DNA from: a virus
Strand: one strand, 5' to 3'
DNA: 64,000 bases
Virus record (IMG/VR): IMGVR_UViG_3300037504_001229
Location: 1-64,000 of that record
Shown piece after piece: positions 20,102 through 30,125 of this stretch; positions within the stretch are counted from its first letter, which is position 1; every line of letters begins with the position of its first letter. A program made the translations under genes and the position numbers. The notes beneath the pieces were generated by a model that was not told the DNA's origin, did no database searches, and saw nothing but the letters and a program-made list of their open reading frames with translations.

Positions 20102-20665
20102 TTTTGTACCCCCATGTTATAATACGATTGTTTATTTCTTTTATAAATGGTCTTTTGCGAATCTCACAATTAAAGTTTTCTCCGTTAGACTCATAGTTTG
20201 TTTTTATTATTTTTTCAGATAATGTATAATATTCGTTTTTAAATAAAAGAAATCCCCTCGAAGGTCTTGAACTAACTTTTATACCCCCATTAATAATTTT
20301 ATTATTTTTTAATTTTATATTATATATTTTTTTAAGACTCTTTTATCAAATAAAAATAAATATTTATAATTACCAATAAGATATTTAATGGAGTTATCTT
20401 CTCTTAAAACTCCAGACTCTATATATTTTCCATATTTAGTTTTTTCGTGTGTTTCTATATATAAGTTGTTTGTCTTAGAAAGATTTCTATCGAATTTTAT
20501 CTCTATCCCTTCCTCACATTCTCCAATAGAATATTGTTCATCTTTTGTATAATAAATATGTAAATTTAAGTTATACAAATGTTTATAAACAAATCTTACA
20601 AACTCCTGATATTGTTCTCCAATTTCTCTTAAAGTAATTTCATTTTTCTTTAGGTTTATCTCCAT
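20094..20665 (-). pseudogene. PD-(D/E)xK nuclease-like gene interrupted by a -1 frameshift at an A7 run
   Basis: Frame 0 (GIEIKFD..NLYIE) stops at 20315; the -1 frame stays open 77 codons from the A7 run (20327-20333) to TGA 20094-20096. Confidence 0.55.
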
Positions 20666-22022
20666 TAATTTTTTCCTTTTTCTCTATGTTATCTGTTTCA
20701 TTTCCCCAAGTATCCCATCCTTTAGGCAAGCTTCCTCTAGAGAATAATTCAATTTTATTACCATAAGTATAAATGGTATCAATAATTTTTCTAAACTCTT
20801 CTGGTTTCTGAGAATGTTTTTTTGTTTTTTGGATAGACTGTACACTATCAAATAATTTTCTATTGTCAGGAGTACAACTACCTTTTGTACAAATCAAGAG
20901 AAGCTCATGTCTAACAGAAACATAATTTCCAACATTATGATTTATTTTATCCCATATCATAGAAGTTTTATATTGAAACCCCCAGGCATTTATAACTTCG
21001 AAAGCTTCTTCTAAGAGAGGTGAAGTTACCCATAGCCATAAAACTGAATTTTTTTCAGATAATTTACTAATAGGGAGTTCACAGAGTTCTTGAATAGTCA
21101 TTGAAGGATAATGTGTATTAAGGACTTTTTCTTGAGTACCTATAGATCCATGTTGCTCTTCAGCATATTTCCAAGGTGGATCCGCATAAATAACTCTATA
21201 CTTTTTTTCTTTACTTTTATTTTCAATTTCTTTAGATGTGTCTTTTAATTTTTCTTTTATTTTTTCTTTTTGTTTTTCTTTGCTTATTTGTTTATATACT
21301 TGATGAGTACTTACTTCCCCTTTTTCTAATCTTTGTTTTGTTTTTTCATCAGCATATTTATCAATAAATCTTAGTTGATCTACTTTTGATGCTGATACTT
21401 TTAATTCTTCTGCTATTTTTTCTCTAACATGGAATCTATCTTCTCTTTTACCCTCGGTACTTTCAGTTTTATCATTCTTTTCAGTTTCCTTTTCCGTCTG
21501 CTTCTCCTGAGGCTCCGATGCGGGCTTAGAGGATGAGGGGGGTGGAGTAGTATTCGATAAGGGTTTCTTATTTTCTAAGAAACCCTTTTTATTACTATTA
21601 GTTAAATTTAATAAATTAGAGTTATATTCAAACTTTGTTTTGTTCCCACCTTTTTTACCTTCGGTAGACATTCTCTCCTTCGCTATCTTCGCATACATTT
21701 CCTCCTTCCGCTTGATGAGGATGTACTTTTTCCAGTCATCGAGGTTACGGCGGGAAAGTTGATTATCTATGATCCAAATTTTAGCTTCTTCCTCATTTTC
21801 GAAACTAACTTCCTTTATTTGAAATTCAATATTATGTTTTTTACATATTTCATATCTATTATGTCCGTCGATAATTATATTATTCCATATTACAATCGGA
21901 CTATAGATACTTGTATCAAATCCGTTCTCTAATAAACTTCTTTCCAAATTTTTATATTCTTCGTCACTAAGAGGCCAAAGAAATTCTCTAAATTTTTGAC
22001 TAAAAGTAATATTCTGTTTCAC
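20640..22022 (-). CDS. ParB-like domain fused to MT-A70 family adenine methyltransferase
   Basis: IIDGHNR and NQLSRRNL at N-terminus; YADPPW, LWLWVT, WGFQYKT, HSQKPE, IELFSR, GWDTWGNE. Confidence 0.88.
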   Translation of the reverse strand: MKQNITFSQKFREFLWPLSDEEYKNLERSLLENGFDTSIYSPIVIWNNIIIDGHNRYEICKKHNIEFQIKEVSFENEEEAKIWIIDNQLSRRNLDDWKKYILIKRKEEMYAKIAKERMSTEGKKGGNKTKFEYNSNLLNLTNSNKKGFLENKKPLSNTTPPPSSSKPASEPQEKQTEKETEKNDKTESTEGKREDRFHVREKIAEELKVSASKVDQLRFIDKYADEKTKQRLEKGEVSTHQVYKQISKEKQKEKIKEKLKDTSKEIENKSKEKKYRVIYADPPWKYAEEQHGSIGTQEKVLNTHYPSMTIQELCELPISKLSEKNSVLWLWVTSPLLEEAFEVINAWGFQYKTSMIWDKINHNVGNYVSVRHELLLICTKGSCTPDNRKLFDSVQSIQKTKKHSQKPEEFRKIIDTIYTYGNKIELFSRGSLPKGWDTWGNETDNIEKKEKINGDKPKEK

Positions 22023-22053
22023 TAATATCTCCTTTAAGTGTATTTTTTAGTAT

Positions 22054-22083
22054 ATTATATACAAGAAAGAAAATTTTATAAAG
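22054..22083 (-). promoter_or_regulatory. phage promoter CTTTAT-N15-GTATATAAT
   Basis: Repeated motif upstream of the methylase. Confidence 0.65.
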
Positions 22084-22504
22084 AATTATTTTTAGAAAGT
22101 ATTTGATCTATGATTTTTTCATTTTTATCAGCATAGGGAACTTCATAAAAGTTTTTAGTTTTATCTTTTTCCATTTGTTTTTTCTTTTTCATGACTCTTG
22201 ATACATTTTGTTCTTTTTTCCAAAATTCTTTAGCATATTTTTCTTTTGCTTTTTCTAAGTTTATTGTTACCTCATGAAGTTTGTTATTTTCGACATCTAT
22301 AAAGAATGGTTGAAACTTAGCAAAACATATATCAAGATTATGACTGATTTTTTCTTGTACTAGTGTAAGTATAAATTTTTTTAAAGGTTCTGTTTTTAAG
22401 TAATATGAGTTTTCAAAATTATTGTTTAAGTAGTATCTCCACTTATCTTTATGTTTTGGAAAAGCTAGTATATATTTGATTGATTGTATGTTGTTTTCGT
22501 TCAT
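22076..22504 (-). CDS. hypothetical protein
   Basis: 142 aa, TACTAAAATA variant just upstream. Confidence 0.55.
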   Translation of the reverse strand: MNENNIQSIKYILAFPKHKDKWRYYLNNNFENSYYLKTEPLKKFILTLVQEKISHNLDICFAKFQPFFIDVENNKLHEVTINLEKAKEKYAKEFWKKEQNVSRVMKKKKQMEKDKTKNFYEVPYADKNEKIIDQILSKNNSL

Positions 22505-22528
22505 ATTATTTTAGTAGAAGTATCTCCT

Positions 22529-22558
22529 CTTTATAAAAATAACAAAGCAGTATATAAT
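22529..22558 (+). promoter_or_regulatory. phage promoter CTTTAT-N15-GTATATAAT at the strand switch
   Basis: Repeated motif. Confidence 0.65.
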
Positions 22559-22597
22559 AGTAATGAGTAGAAAAAATAAAACAAAAGGAGAAATGAA

Positions 22598-23725
22598 ATG
22601 AAGATTTCTACAGAAAAGTTTAACTTATACAGCTCAGTAATTAATAGAGCAAAGGATAATGAAAGTTCAAATAGAGCAAATATGTTTTTTGATCCAGATA
22701 ACGGAATTTGTTCATGTATAGGATCAGACTTTAACTTTAAGTTTTCTTTTGATATTGTTGAAGAAAATAAGGAAGACCTTAAACCTTTTAGAGTAGACAT
22801 AGAAAGATTGTTAGCTATAACAGCTATATACGAAGAATTAGTAATAGATAAAGATTATATTTTTTATGGAAATTCAGATAGATTTAAACTATATATCGAA
22901 AAAGACGCAAAAGATTTGGGATTTACTTTTGATTATAATAATAACGATAACGTTATTTTAGAGTTAAAAGAACAAGATCTTGTATCTATTGGAAGAGCAT
23001 TACAGTTTGTAGGAGAGCCTAACCATTTTAATGATAAAAACATGAATGTTGTTAGGATTTCTGAAGGTACTATTGTTTCCTCAAACGGAAGTTGTATTTA
23101 TCAAAACACTTTAAGTAACAATATTGATTTTACTATTGATCTTAGTGATAATGTTGGATATCTGCTTTTTGATCTTTTTGGAAAAGGAAATAATGAACTA
23201 AAGCTGTACTACAACGAAGAAAACAACGGATTTGCTTTTTGTGGTCAAGACGATACATTTGAAGTAATCTCTGAACCTATAGCTGATGTTTATTTGCCAG
23301 ATGATGATAAACTATCTGAACTTGAAAATTCGATTACTAAGGCAGGCGATCTTTCTTTAGAAGTTGTAAGATCTTCATTTAGAGATATGATTGACTTTTT
23401 TGGAATTTTTGTATCTGGTTCAATTAATGAACCTATAGTAGCTTCTTGTTATAGTGATAAGATAGAAGTAGAGGGAACTGACGATAGTGATAATTCTTCT
23501 GGGAAAAGATCTTTCACAGATATAGGTTATATATCTAAAAATATGCAAGACTTTACATTCACATTCCCTAGAAAAAATATGAGTCAAGCTTTAAATACAT
23601 TTGTTTCTGATAATGTAAAACTTCAGTTAGGAATTGACGAAAATGGAAACTATCATTTTGTTAGAGTTCAGGAAGTCGGAGGAAATAGTGATGAGAAGAT
23701 TTCAACTGTTCTACTTACTTCTTAG
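22598..23725 (+). CDS. DnaN/beta sliding clamp-like protein
   Basis: 375 aa, very acidic; segments such as IGRALQFV..MNVVRI..IVSSNG recall beta clamp; replication context. Confidence 0.45.
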   Translation: MKISTEKFNLYSSVINRAKDNESSNRANMFFDPDNGICSCIGSDFNFKFSFDIVEENKEDLKPFRVDIERLLAITAIYEELVIDKDYIFYGNSDRFKLYIEKDAKDLGFTFDYNNNDNVILELKEQDLVSIGRALQFVGEPNHFNDKNMNVVRISEGTIVSSNGSCIYQNTLSNNIDFTIDLSDNVGYLLFDLFGKGNNELKLYYNEENNGFAFCGQDDTFEVISEPIADVYLPDDDKLSELENSITKAGDLSLEVVRSSFRDMIDFFGIFVSGSINEPIVASCYSDKIEVEGTDDSDNSSGKRSFTDIGYISKNMQDFTFTFPRKNMSQALNTFVSDNVKLQLGIDENGNYHFVRVQEVGGNSDEKISTVLLTS

Positions 23726-23766
23726 ATTACTAATATAATAGACATATGTAAAAATAACTTAAGGAG
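23718..23766 (+). promoter_or_regulatory. putative late promoter TACTAATATA (23728-23737) with RBS-occluding hairpin
   Basis: CTTCTTAGATTA can pair with TAACTTAAGGAG (11 of 12 pairs, two G-U). Confidence 0.5.
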
Positions 23767-23776
23767 AATATGTATT

Positions 23777-24406
23777 ATGGTAATTGATCAAAATGAAATT
23801 AACACTGAAGAATTTTTTGAAGAGTTTAAGAAAAGGTTTAAGAATTTTTGTAATAGAGTTCCCCTTTTTATTCATCCGTATTATACGCCGAACAAAGTGA
23901 TTATCTATTCTTATAAAAATTTAAGAGATTCCGAAAAAACAAAACTATTCGAATATGAATTTGATTATTCTATAGATGTTAAGGAAAATATTTTCGAGAT
24001 TAAAAAAATATTACAAGAAAACTATTATCCAATAATGAAACAAGTTTACGAAGAAGAAAAAATTTATAGTGCTGAAAAGTTAAACCATTTAGTTGCTGAA
24101 AATAAAATTTCAGTAGATGATATTACTCCTAAAGGGGGAGTATTAGAAACTATAGAAATAACTTGGAGAATAGAAAAAGTTCTCCTTGACGAAGATGGAA
24201 TACTTTTAAGGGATGTAGATGAAGATAAACTTTATAGATCCCATATTAGAATGCCTGTAACATCTTTTCTTAAAACTATTCTTACTGAAATATATGATCC
24301 TTTTGAAAGATGGTTACTTTTCGAAAGGAAAATGAGGGATTTAAAACTTTTTTATGAAGTAGATAAAAATAATAAAAAGCTGGGAAGATATAAAAGAGGT
24401 AACTAG
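23777..24406 (+). CDS. hypothetical protein (probably late)
   Basis: 209 aa, AAGGAG RBS. Confidence 0.6.
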   Translation: MVIDQNEINTEEFFEEFKKRFKNFCNRVPLFIHPYYTPNKVIIYSYKNLRDSEKTKLFEYEFDYSIDVKENIFEIKKILQENYYPIMKQVYEEEKIYSAEKLNHLVAENKISVDDITPKGGVLETIEITWRIEKVLLDEDGILLRDVDEDKLYRSHIRMPVTSFLKTILTEIYDPFERWLLFERKMRDLKLFYEVDKNNKKLGRYKRGN

Positions 24407-24407
24407 T

Positions 24408-24737
24408 ATGAGAATAATCAATAATATTTTATTTTATTCTGAAAATGAACTTCGAGGTAAAACTTTTGATCATGAGGATATTCAAAAAAATATCCCAAAA
24501 GGAAAATATTATGATGTAAGAAAAATAGAAGATTCAGCTTATAGTATTACTTACAGAACTATTAGAAACGGTCAAGAACAACCTATAACAAGAAAGTTTA
24601 TAACTATGCCTAACTTAAAAAATAGAGCAACAAGAAGAGCAAATGAGAGAGCTTCTAATAAAAAAGGGTATACTTTAGAAACTCTACATAAAAGGTTTAA
24701 AAAAAGAAGAGCGAAAAAGAAATTTAATAAAAGGTAA
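24408..24737 (+). CDS. hypothetical basic protein
   Basis: 109 aa, Arg/Lys-rich C-terminus, GAGG RBS. Confidence 0.55.
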   Translation: MRIINNILFYSENELRGKTFDHEDIQKNIPKGKYYDVRKIEDSAYSITYRTIRNGQEQPITRKFITMPNLKNRATRRANERASNKKGYTLETLHKRFKKRRAKKKFNKR

Positions 24738-24744
24738 GGTTTGT

Positions 24745-26076
24745 ATGAGTAAAGATTTTAGATCATCTAGAGAATGGGTTTTTCATTTTGTTGAAAGTGA
24801 GGGACCTGAATGGGTTAGATCAAACTATAAAAGACATACTACAGAAGTAAGAAAGGACCCTGTAAATAGACAAAGATTTAATATCTATGTTTCAGAAGCT
24901 TTAAGAAAGTTAAACATAGAAGCAGACAAAGAAGTAGAAAGTACTCCTGGAAAGACAGTTGTTCAAAAGAAAGTAGAAGGAAATAACTTAACAGTTACTA
25001 CAAAGTCTCTTCATATTAAAACTATCGAAGATCTTATTCAATATTCCGAAGTTGATATGACTGAGTGGAAAGTAGCTTCTTATGAAAGTAACTCTTGGGA
25101 AGTTTCCATGGGTAATAAAGCTACAGGAGGAAAAGGACCTCAAACATATACTAACTATCAAGTTAAAGCAAAGTTTGTCCCTAGAGTTGATCCTATTAAA
25201 AAAGTTATTCTCGATGAGTTTAGAAAAGAAGCTCTGAATTATTCGCCTAAATTTCCTAAGATTAAAAGAGATTCTTCGACTAAAGAAGGGGTACTAGCAG
25301 AAGTATCTGTTCCTGACTTACACTTTGGTCAGCTTTCTTGGGCTAAGGAAACATTAGATCGAGATTATGATATTAAAATAGCGGAAAGGATGTTTGTTGA
25401 TGCGGTAGAACATTTAGTATCTAATGTAACTAGAATGTATAAAGTTGATCACTTTTTATTTCCTATAGGAAATGATTTCTTTAATGTTAACTCTGCTTTA
25501 AATACAACTTTTAGAGGTACTCCCCAAAGTGAAGATGATAGAGGTAAAAAGTCTTTTACTAATGCATGGAAAATGCTAGTAAAAGTTATAGAAAAAATGT
25601 TATCTATTGCTGATGTTACACTTCTAGTAATACCCGGAAACCATGATTACGAAAAAGCATATTATCTGGGTGAAGTATTATATGCATGGTTTAAAGATTG
25701 TGAAAATGTAACAGTAGATAACTCACCTTCGACAAAAAAATATTTTTTATACGGAAATAGTTTAATAGGATTTCTACATCAAATTAAGAAAAGAAAGTTA
25801 AATGAATACCCACTTATTATGGCAAATGATGTTCCAAACTTGTGGAACAAGGCTAAGTTTACTGAAATACATACAGGACATCTTCATAAAGAGAGAATGG
25901 ATGAAATTCAAAAAACAAAAATTGTGTCTCTACCATCACTTGTTTCCTTAAGTGAATGGGCAAGTAACGAAGGTTTTAATCATCTTAAAGAAGCTCAACT
26001 TCAAGTTTGGACAAAAGATAATGGAAAGAGATCAGTATTGCATTATTATCCAAGTGAGGAACTGTATGGAAAGTAG
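24745..26076 (+). CDS. calcineurin-like metallophosphoesterase
   Basis: DLHFG, GNDFF, GNHD, GHLH. Confidence 0.8.
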   Translation: MSKDFRSSREWVFHFVESEGPEWVRSNYKRHTTEVRKDPVNRQRFNIYVSEALRKLNIEADKEVESTPGKTVVQKKVEGNNLTVTTKSLHIKTIEDLIQYSEVDMTEWKVASYESNSWEVSMGNKATGGKGPQTYTNYQVKAKFVPRVDPIKKVILDEFRKEALNYSPKFPKIKRDSSTKEGVLAEVSVPDLHFGQLSWAKETLDRDYDIKIAERMFVDAVEHLVSNVTRMYKVDHFLFPIGNDFFNVNSALNTTFRGTPQSEDDRGKKSFTNAWKMLVKVIEKMLSIADVTLLVIPGNHDYEKAYYLGEVLYAWFKDCENVTVDNSPSTKKYFLYGNSLIGFLHQIKKRKLNEYPLIMANDVPNLWNKAKFTEIHTGHLHKERMDEIQKTKIVSLPSLVSLSEWASNEGFNHLKEAQLQVWTKDNGKRSVLHYYPSEELYGK

Positions 26077-26539
26077 TTTTATAAAAGTGGAAAATAAATT
26101 GTCTCATATCGATGGAGATTCTTCTGGAGTAGCTTATAGATTTAGTTTGGACAAGCCTTTTTGTCCACAAGAAGTTATTGTATTTTTAAGAAGTTTTTTA
26201 GAGGAAACTTTTAATCCAAAATTTATAGAGGAAGTTAATGCTTCCTGGCATAAAGATTTTGAAGAACTTGAAATAGAAATAAACGATTTTTATTTTGATT
26301 TAGAGATGAAAATAAAAAATAATCCTGAGGAATACGGACTAACTCAACAAGAACTAGATGATGTATTAAAGTATGTCGAAGATAATGATAATATGATCGA
26401 AGAGGGAGAGGAAGTAAAAGAACAAAATGATATTGAAGAAGTTCATGATGTAGAAAAATTTAAAGATCAGTTAAATAAAAATCCAGAGTTTCTAAAAACA
26501 GTATTTCAGGGTTACTTACGGGATATGTTAGGGGAATAA
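26066..26539 (+). CDS. hypothetical acidic protein (start moved to ATG 26066)
   Basis: GAGGA RBS before ATG 26066 removes a long overlap with the upstream gene. Confidence 0.55.
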   Translation: MESSFIKVENKLSHIDGDSSGVAYRFSLDKPFCPQEVIVFLRSFLEETFNPKFIEEVNASWHKDFEELEIEINDFYFDLEMKIKNNPEEYGLTQQELDDVLKYVEDNDNMIEEGEEVKEQNDIEEVHDVEKFKDQLNKNPEFLKTVFQGYLRDMLGE

Positions 26540-27507
26540 TGAAATACGATTTCGTCATAGTAGACTCAAATAATTGGTACTATCGAAACTATGAAATACA
26601 TAAAGAGAAAACTCATCAAGTAGGTCTTAAAACTATTGTTACTGGAGGAATACAAGGATTTCTGAAGTCTTTTGAAAAATGGAAAAGAGATTTTACTCAT
26701 GAGGATACTATTTTTTATTTTCTTTTTGATAACGCTACTACAAAGTCGAACCTTCGACAACAGATGATCGATCCTGCTTACAAGGAAAATAGAAAACAAA
26801 GACCTAAGTCTTTTTATAGAAGTATAGACTACTTAAGATTGATTTTAGAAAACTATGATAATAACTTATATTGTATATATGGAACAGGGTACGAAGCTGA
26901 CGATATAGTCCCTTATGTCTTAAAAAATATCCCAAAAGATAGCAATAAACTTCTTATAAGTGAAGATTTAGATTGGAGTAGACTTATATCAAAAAATATT
27001 CATCAGTACATGAAAAAAGAAATATTTGACGATAAAAGATTTCTTCAAAAATACGGATTTAAACCTACACTAGATAAAATAGTACTTTATAAAACAATAA
27101 AAGGAGATTCTTCCGATGGAATTCCTATAGGAGTAGAACGGTTTCCTACAAAGAAACTCATTAGGCTTGTAGATGATTATAAAGATATTTATGATGTATT
27201 TGATAACTTAAATATAATAGATTATTTAAATGAAACTTGGAAAAATAAGTTTAAAGAGAAAAAAAATAGATTAATATTAAATTATCAACTTGTGTCTTTT
27301 TTTAAGTTAGATGAAAAATTTGTAAAAGAATGTACTAGTAAAGGACAATATAGACCAGAACAACTTAAAATAATCTATAAATCTTTAGGATTTAAACTTG
27401 ATGAAATAGATAAAAGAGTATATACTTATTTAAAAGAAAAGGAGGCTAAGAAAAAAGGCTATAACGGATTTCTAAAGCCACCAGAAGTATACTTAAAAAG
27501 GAAATAG
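26539..27507 (+). CDS. 5'-3' exonuclease / flap endonuclease (RNase H-like)
   Basis: VDSNN, YKENR, EADD, SEDLDW, GDSSDGIP. Confidence 0.88.
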   Translation: MKYDFVIVDSNNWYYRNYEIHKEKTHQVGLKTIVTGGIQGFLKSFEKWKRDFTHEDTIFYFLFDNATTKSNLRQQMIDPAYKENRKQRPKSFYRSIDYLRLILENYDNNLYCIYGTGYEADDIVPYVLKNIPKDSNKLLISEDLDWSRLISKNIHQYMKKEIFDDKRFLQKYGFKPTLDKIVLYKTIKGDSSDGIPIGVERFPTKKLIRLVDDYKDIYDVFDNLNIIDYLNETWKNKFKEKKNRLILNYQLVSFFKLDEKFVKECTSKGQYRPEQLKIIYKSLGFKLDEIDKRVYTYLKEKEAKKKGYNGFLKPPEVYLKRK

Positions 27508-27509
27508 AA

Positions 27510-29375
27510 ATGTGGGAAGTAAATATTATTGAAAATGAAATAGAAGTATCTTTTTCAGGAGAAAATTTCGATGACTATAAATCCATTATGAAAAGTAATG
27601 GATTAATATTCAATAGTAGGAAAAAAGTATGGACTACATCTTCTCCTAAACTATTTAAAGATAAAGTTTTACCTATACTCCAAAGTATTGAACCAGGAAA
27701 AGTAAATGTTAATAAATTAAGCAAACTTGCAGAAAAAGAAGAATTAGAGTTAGATCAAACTTATTTTTTTAGAAATAAACTTGATTTAGATAGTGTCAAA
27801 CTTCCTTCTATAAAAGGGAAACCTCCTTACGAAGATTTTCAAATAGACTGTATCAAAAAAGGTATATGTCAAAATAGATACGGATTATTTTTGCAGATGG
27901 GTACAGGTAAGACGTTCATCGTAGTTTCCATATTAAATCAACTTTTTAAACAAAATAAAATAAATAAAGTTTTAGTTGTTTGTCCTGGTGAAGCTCTTTA
28001 CAACTGGAGAAGAGAACTAAAAAGGTTTTCTACTTTTGCTGAAGATAACGAAAGTATCCTAATATCAACTGCAAATAAAAACAGAGATCCCTTACAAGAT
28101 TTAGAAAAACCTGTATATGTTATGACATATCGTCATTTTCTAACTTTGTCGGATGATTATTATCAAAAAAAGAATAATAGAAAATCAACAAAATATATTA
28201 AACCAACTATTCCTTGGAATGAGTGGGGAACTAGTAGAGCTATAATACTTGACGAAAGTCACAATGCAAAGAACCCGCAGGCAAGACAAACAAAAGTTCT
28301 TTCTCTTCATAAAAAATATTTTGAATATAGATATCTTTTAACTGGTACACCTACTCCTAATGAATTTGGAGAAATATATTCCCAGATTAGATTTTTAGAT
28401 GAAAAAGTTATTCCTGAAAAAAGTTATTATCATTGGATAGGAAAAGTAGCACATATTGGAAATAGATTTAGCGCTTATGCTGTTAATAAAGAAAAGGGAG
28501 ATAATGGATACAAAAGTGAAGAAGTAGAGGAAGAGCAAAAAAAGATAAGCCCTTTAGTTACTAGATACAAGTCTAACGAAGTTTTAGAACTTCCTGATCT
28601 AATGATTAAACCATATTATACAGAACTTACTGATATTCAAAAAGAAATATATCAACATATTGTTAATTATGTTATTTATAAAGTAAAAGAGGAGAATGAA
28701 GGCAGACTTGTTCCTAAAAAAGTTTTTAACCAGTTTGCTTTTATAGTTCAAGCATATGAAAACGCTTGTTTGCTAAAAGGGAAAGTAGATCCTGTATATT
28801 CTTCTAAACTAAACAAGCTTATTGAAAAATTTAAATTTGACAATAAGCATCATGCTAAACTTAGTATAGTAGATAGTCTTTTAGAGGAATATCTAAATGA
28901 ACAAAAAAAGAAAGTGGCTATAATGGATTACCATCCGTTAACTATCGAACAGATAGTAGAACGATATAAAAAATATAATCCAGTTTTTATTCATGGGGGA
29001 AGTACTCCAAAAGAAAAAAGTAAAGACGAACATAGAGATCAAACTATAGAAAAGTTTAAACATGATAAAAATTGTAACTTGCTTGTAGGATCTTCTATGG
29101 TCCTTTCTACTGCTATTAACTTAACAGAATGTACAAGAGTTATTTATTTTTCTAGAAACTTTTCTTACTTAGATTGGAGTCAGTCTATAAAAAGATTTCA
29201 CAGAATAGGAAGTTCAGAACCAGTTATAATAAATCCAATAATAAGTGAAAATACACTAGAGGAAAGGGTTGAAACTGCTTTACGGAATAAAAAAGACCTA
29301 GACGATACTATCTTTAGCAAAGATTATCTAACACAAGAGGAGTGGAAGAAAATATTCACTGGCAACTCTTTATGA
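27510..29375 (+). CDS. SNF2-family helicase
   Basis: MGTGKT, ILDESH, LTGTP, QSIKRFHRIG. Confidence 0.88.
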   Translation: MWEVNIIENEIEVSFSGENFDDYKSIMKSNGLIFNSRKKVWTTSSPKLFKDKVLPILQSIEPGKVNVNKLSKLAEKEELELDQTYFFRNKLDLDSVKLPSIKGKPPYEDFQIDCIKKGICQNRYGLFLQMGTGKTFIVVSILNQLFKQNKINKVLVVCPGEALYNWRRELKRFSTFAEDNESILISTANKNRDPLQDLEKPVYVMTYRHFLTLSDDYYQKKNNRKSTKYIKPTIPWNEWGTSRAIILDESHNAKNPQARQTKVLSLHKKYFEYRYLLTGTPTPNEFGEIYSQIRFLDEKVIPEKSYYHWIGKVAHIGNRFSAYAVNKEKGDNGYKSEEVEEEQKKISPLVTRYKSNEVLELPDLMIKPYYTELTDIQKEIYQHIVNYVIYKVKEENEGRLVPKKVFNQFAFIVQAYENACLLKGKVDPVYSSKLNKLIEKFKFDNKHHAKLSIVDSLLEEYLNEQKKKVAIMDYHPLTIEQIVERYKKYNPVFIHGGSTPKEKSKDEHRDQTIEKFKHDKNCNLLVGSSMVLSTAINLTECTRVIYFSRNFSYLDWSQSIKRFHRIGSSEPVIINPIISENTLEERVETALRNKKDLDDTIFSKDYLTQEEWKKIFTGNSL

Positions 29376-29397
29376 AATTCTGTAAGTAGTATATAAT
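29368..29397 (+). promoter_or_regulatory. phage promoter CTTTAT-N15-GTATATAAT heading the DNA-modification/polA operon
   Basis: Repeated motif; downstream genes abut or overlap through polA. Confidence 0.65.
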
Positions 29398-29426
29398 ATT
29401 AAAAATATATTTCGAAGGAGAAAAAA

Positions 29427-29687
29427 ATGAAAACAATTAAGGTTTTGTCAAAAAAGTATGGTGATTTTGAAGTTAGACTTAGTAGAGAAGATTATTCTAA
29501 AGTAAAAGGTCTTCCTATTGGAGTAAAGACAGAGGGCGGAACAAAAAGAACTTTAGTTCCGTATCTTTACGAAAAGGGTAAACAGAAGCAACTTTCTTCC
29601 TACCTTTTTGGAAACAAAGGTAGAGTTATTAGTTACAAGGACGGAGATCATTTTAATCTTACAAGATCTAACGTAAAGGTTGTATAA
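29427..29687 (+). CDS. small protein with a degenerate HNH-like end
   Basis: 86 aa; VISYKDGDHFNLTRSNV resembles VDHxxGxxxNxxxxNL without the catalytic His. Confidence 0.45.
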   Translation: MKTIKVLSKKYGDFEVRLSREDYSKVKGLPIGVKTEGGTKRTLVPYLYEKGKQKQLSSYLFGNKGRVISYKDGDHFNLTRSNVKVV

Positions 29688-29693
29688 GTAAAT

Positions 29694-30125
29694 ATGAAAA
29701 AGACAAGTGCTGGAGTAGTTCTAAGTGATGGAAGTTATGTCCTTATAGGACATGCTTCCGGAAAGCCAGAAAGAAACGGCTACGATATTTTTAAAGGCTG
29801 GGTTATGTTTGGAGTGGAAAATCCAGTTAAGGCCGCTCTTCGTGAATTAGAGGAGGAGAGTGGCATAGTTTTACTTCCTGATGAGATTGAAGAGTTAGGA
29901 AAGTTTAAATATCAGCCTAAAAAGGATCTAAAACTTTATCTTTATAGAAGTGAAAACTTGAAAAGAGAGTTTAAAATTGAGGATTTAAGATGTACATCTT
30001 TTATCCCTTTTAAAGGTATACCTGAAATAAATGGATATAAATTTTGTCCTATTAACAAACTTTCATATTTTCTATATAATTCTCTTCATCCTATAGTTAA
30101 TAAAATTATAAAGGAGAAATTTTAA
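29694..30125 (+). CDS. NUDIX hydrolase
   Basis: Nudix-box-like G..E..AALRELEEESGI. Confidence 0.88.
   Translation: MKKTSAGVVLSDGSYVLIGHASGKPERNGYDIFKGWVMFGVENPVKAALRELEEESGIVLLPDEIEELGKFKYQPKKDLKLYLYRSENLKREFKIEDLRCTSFIPFKGIPEINGYKFCPINKLSYFLYNSLHPIVNKIIKEKF

Noticed and set aside
25952-26065. 5' extension of ORF 25952-26539
   Set aside because: Overlaps the phosphoesterase by over 100 nt; ATG 26066 has a good RBS.
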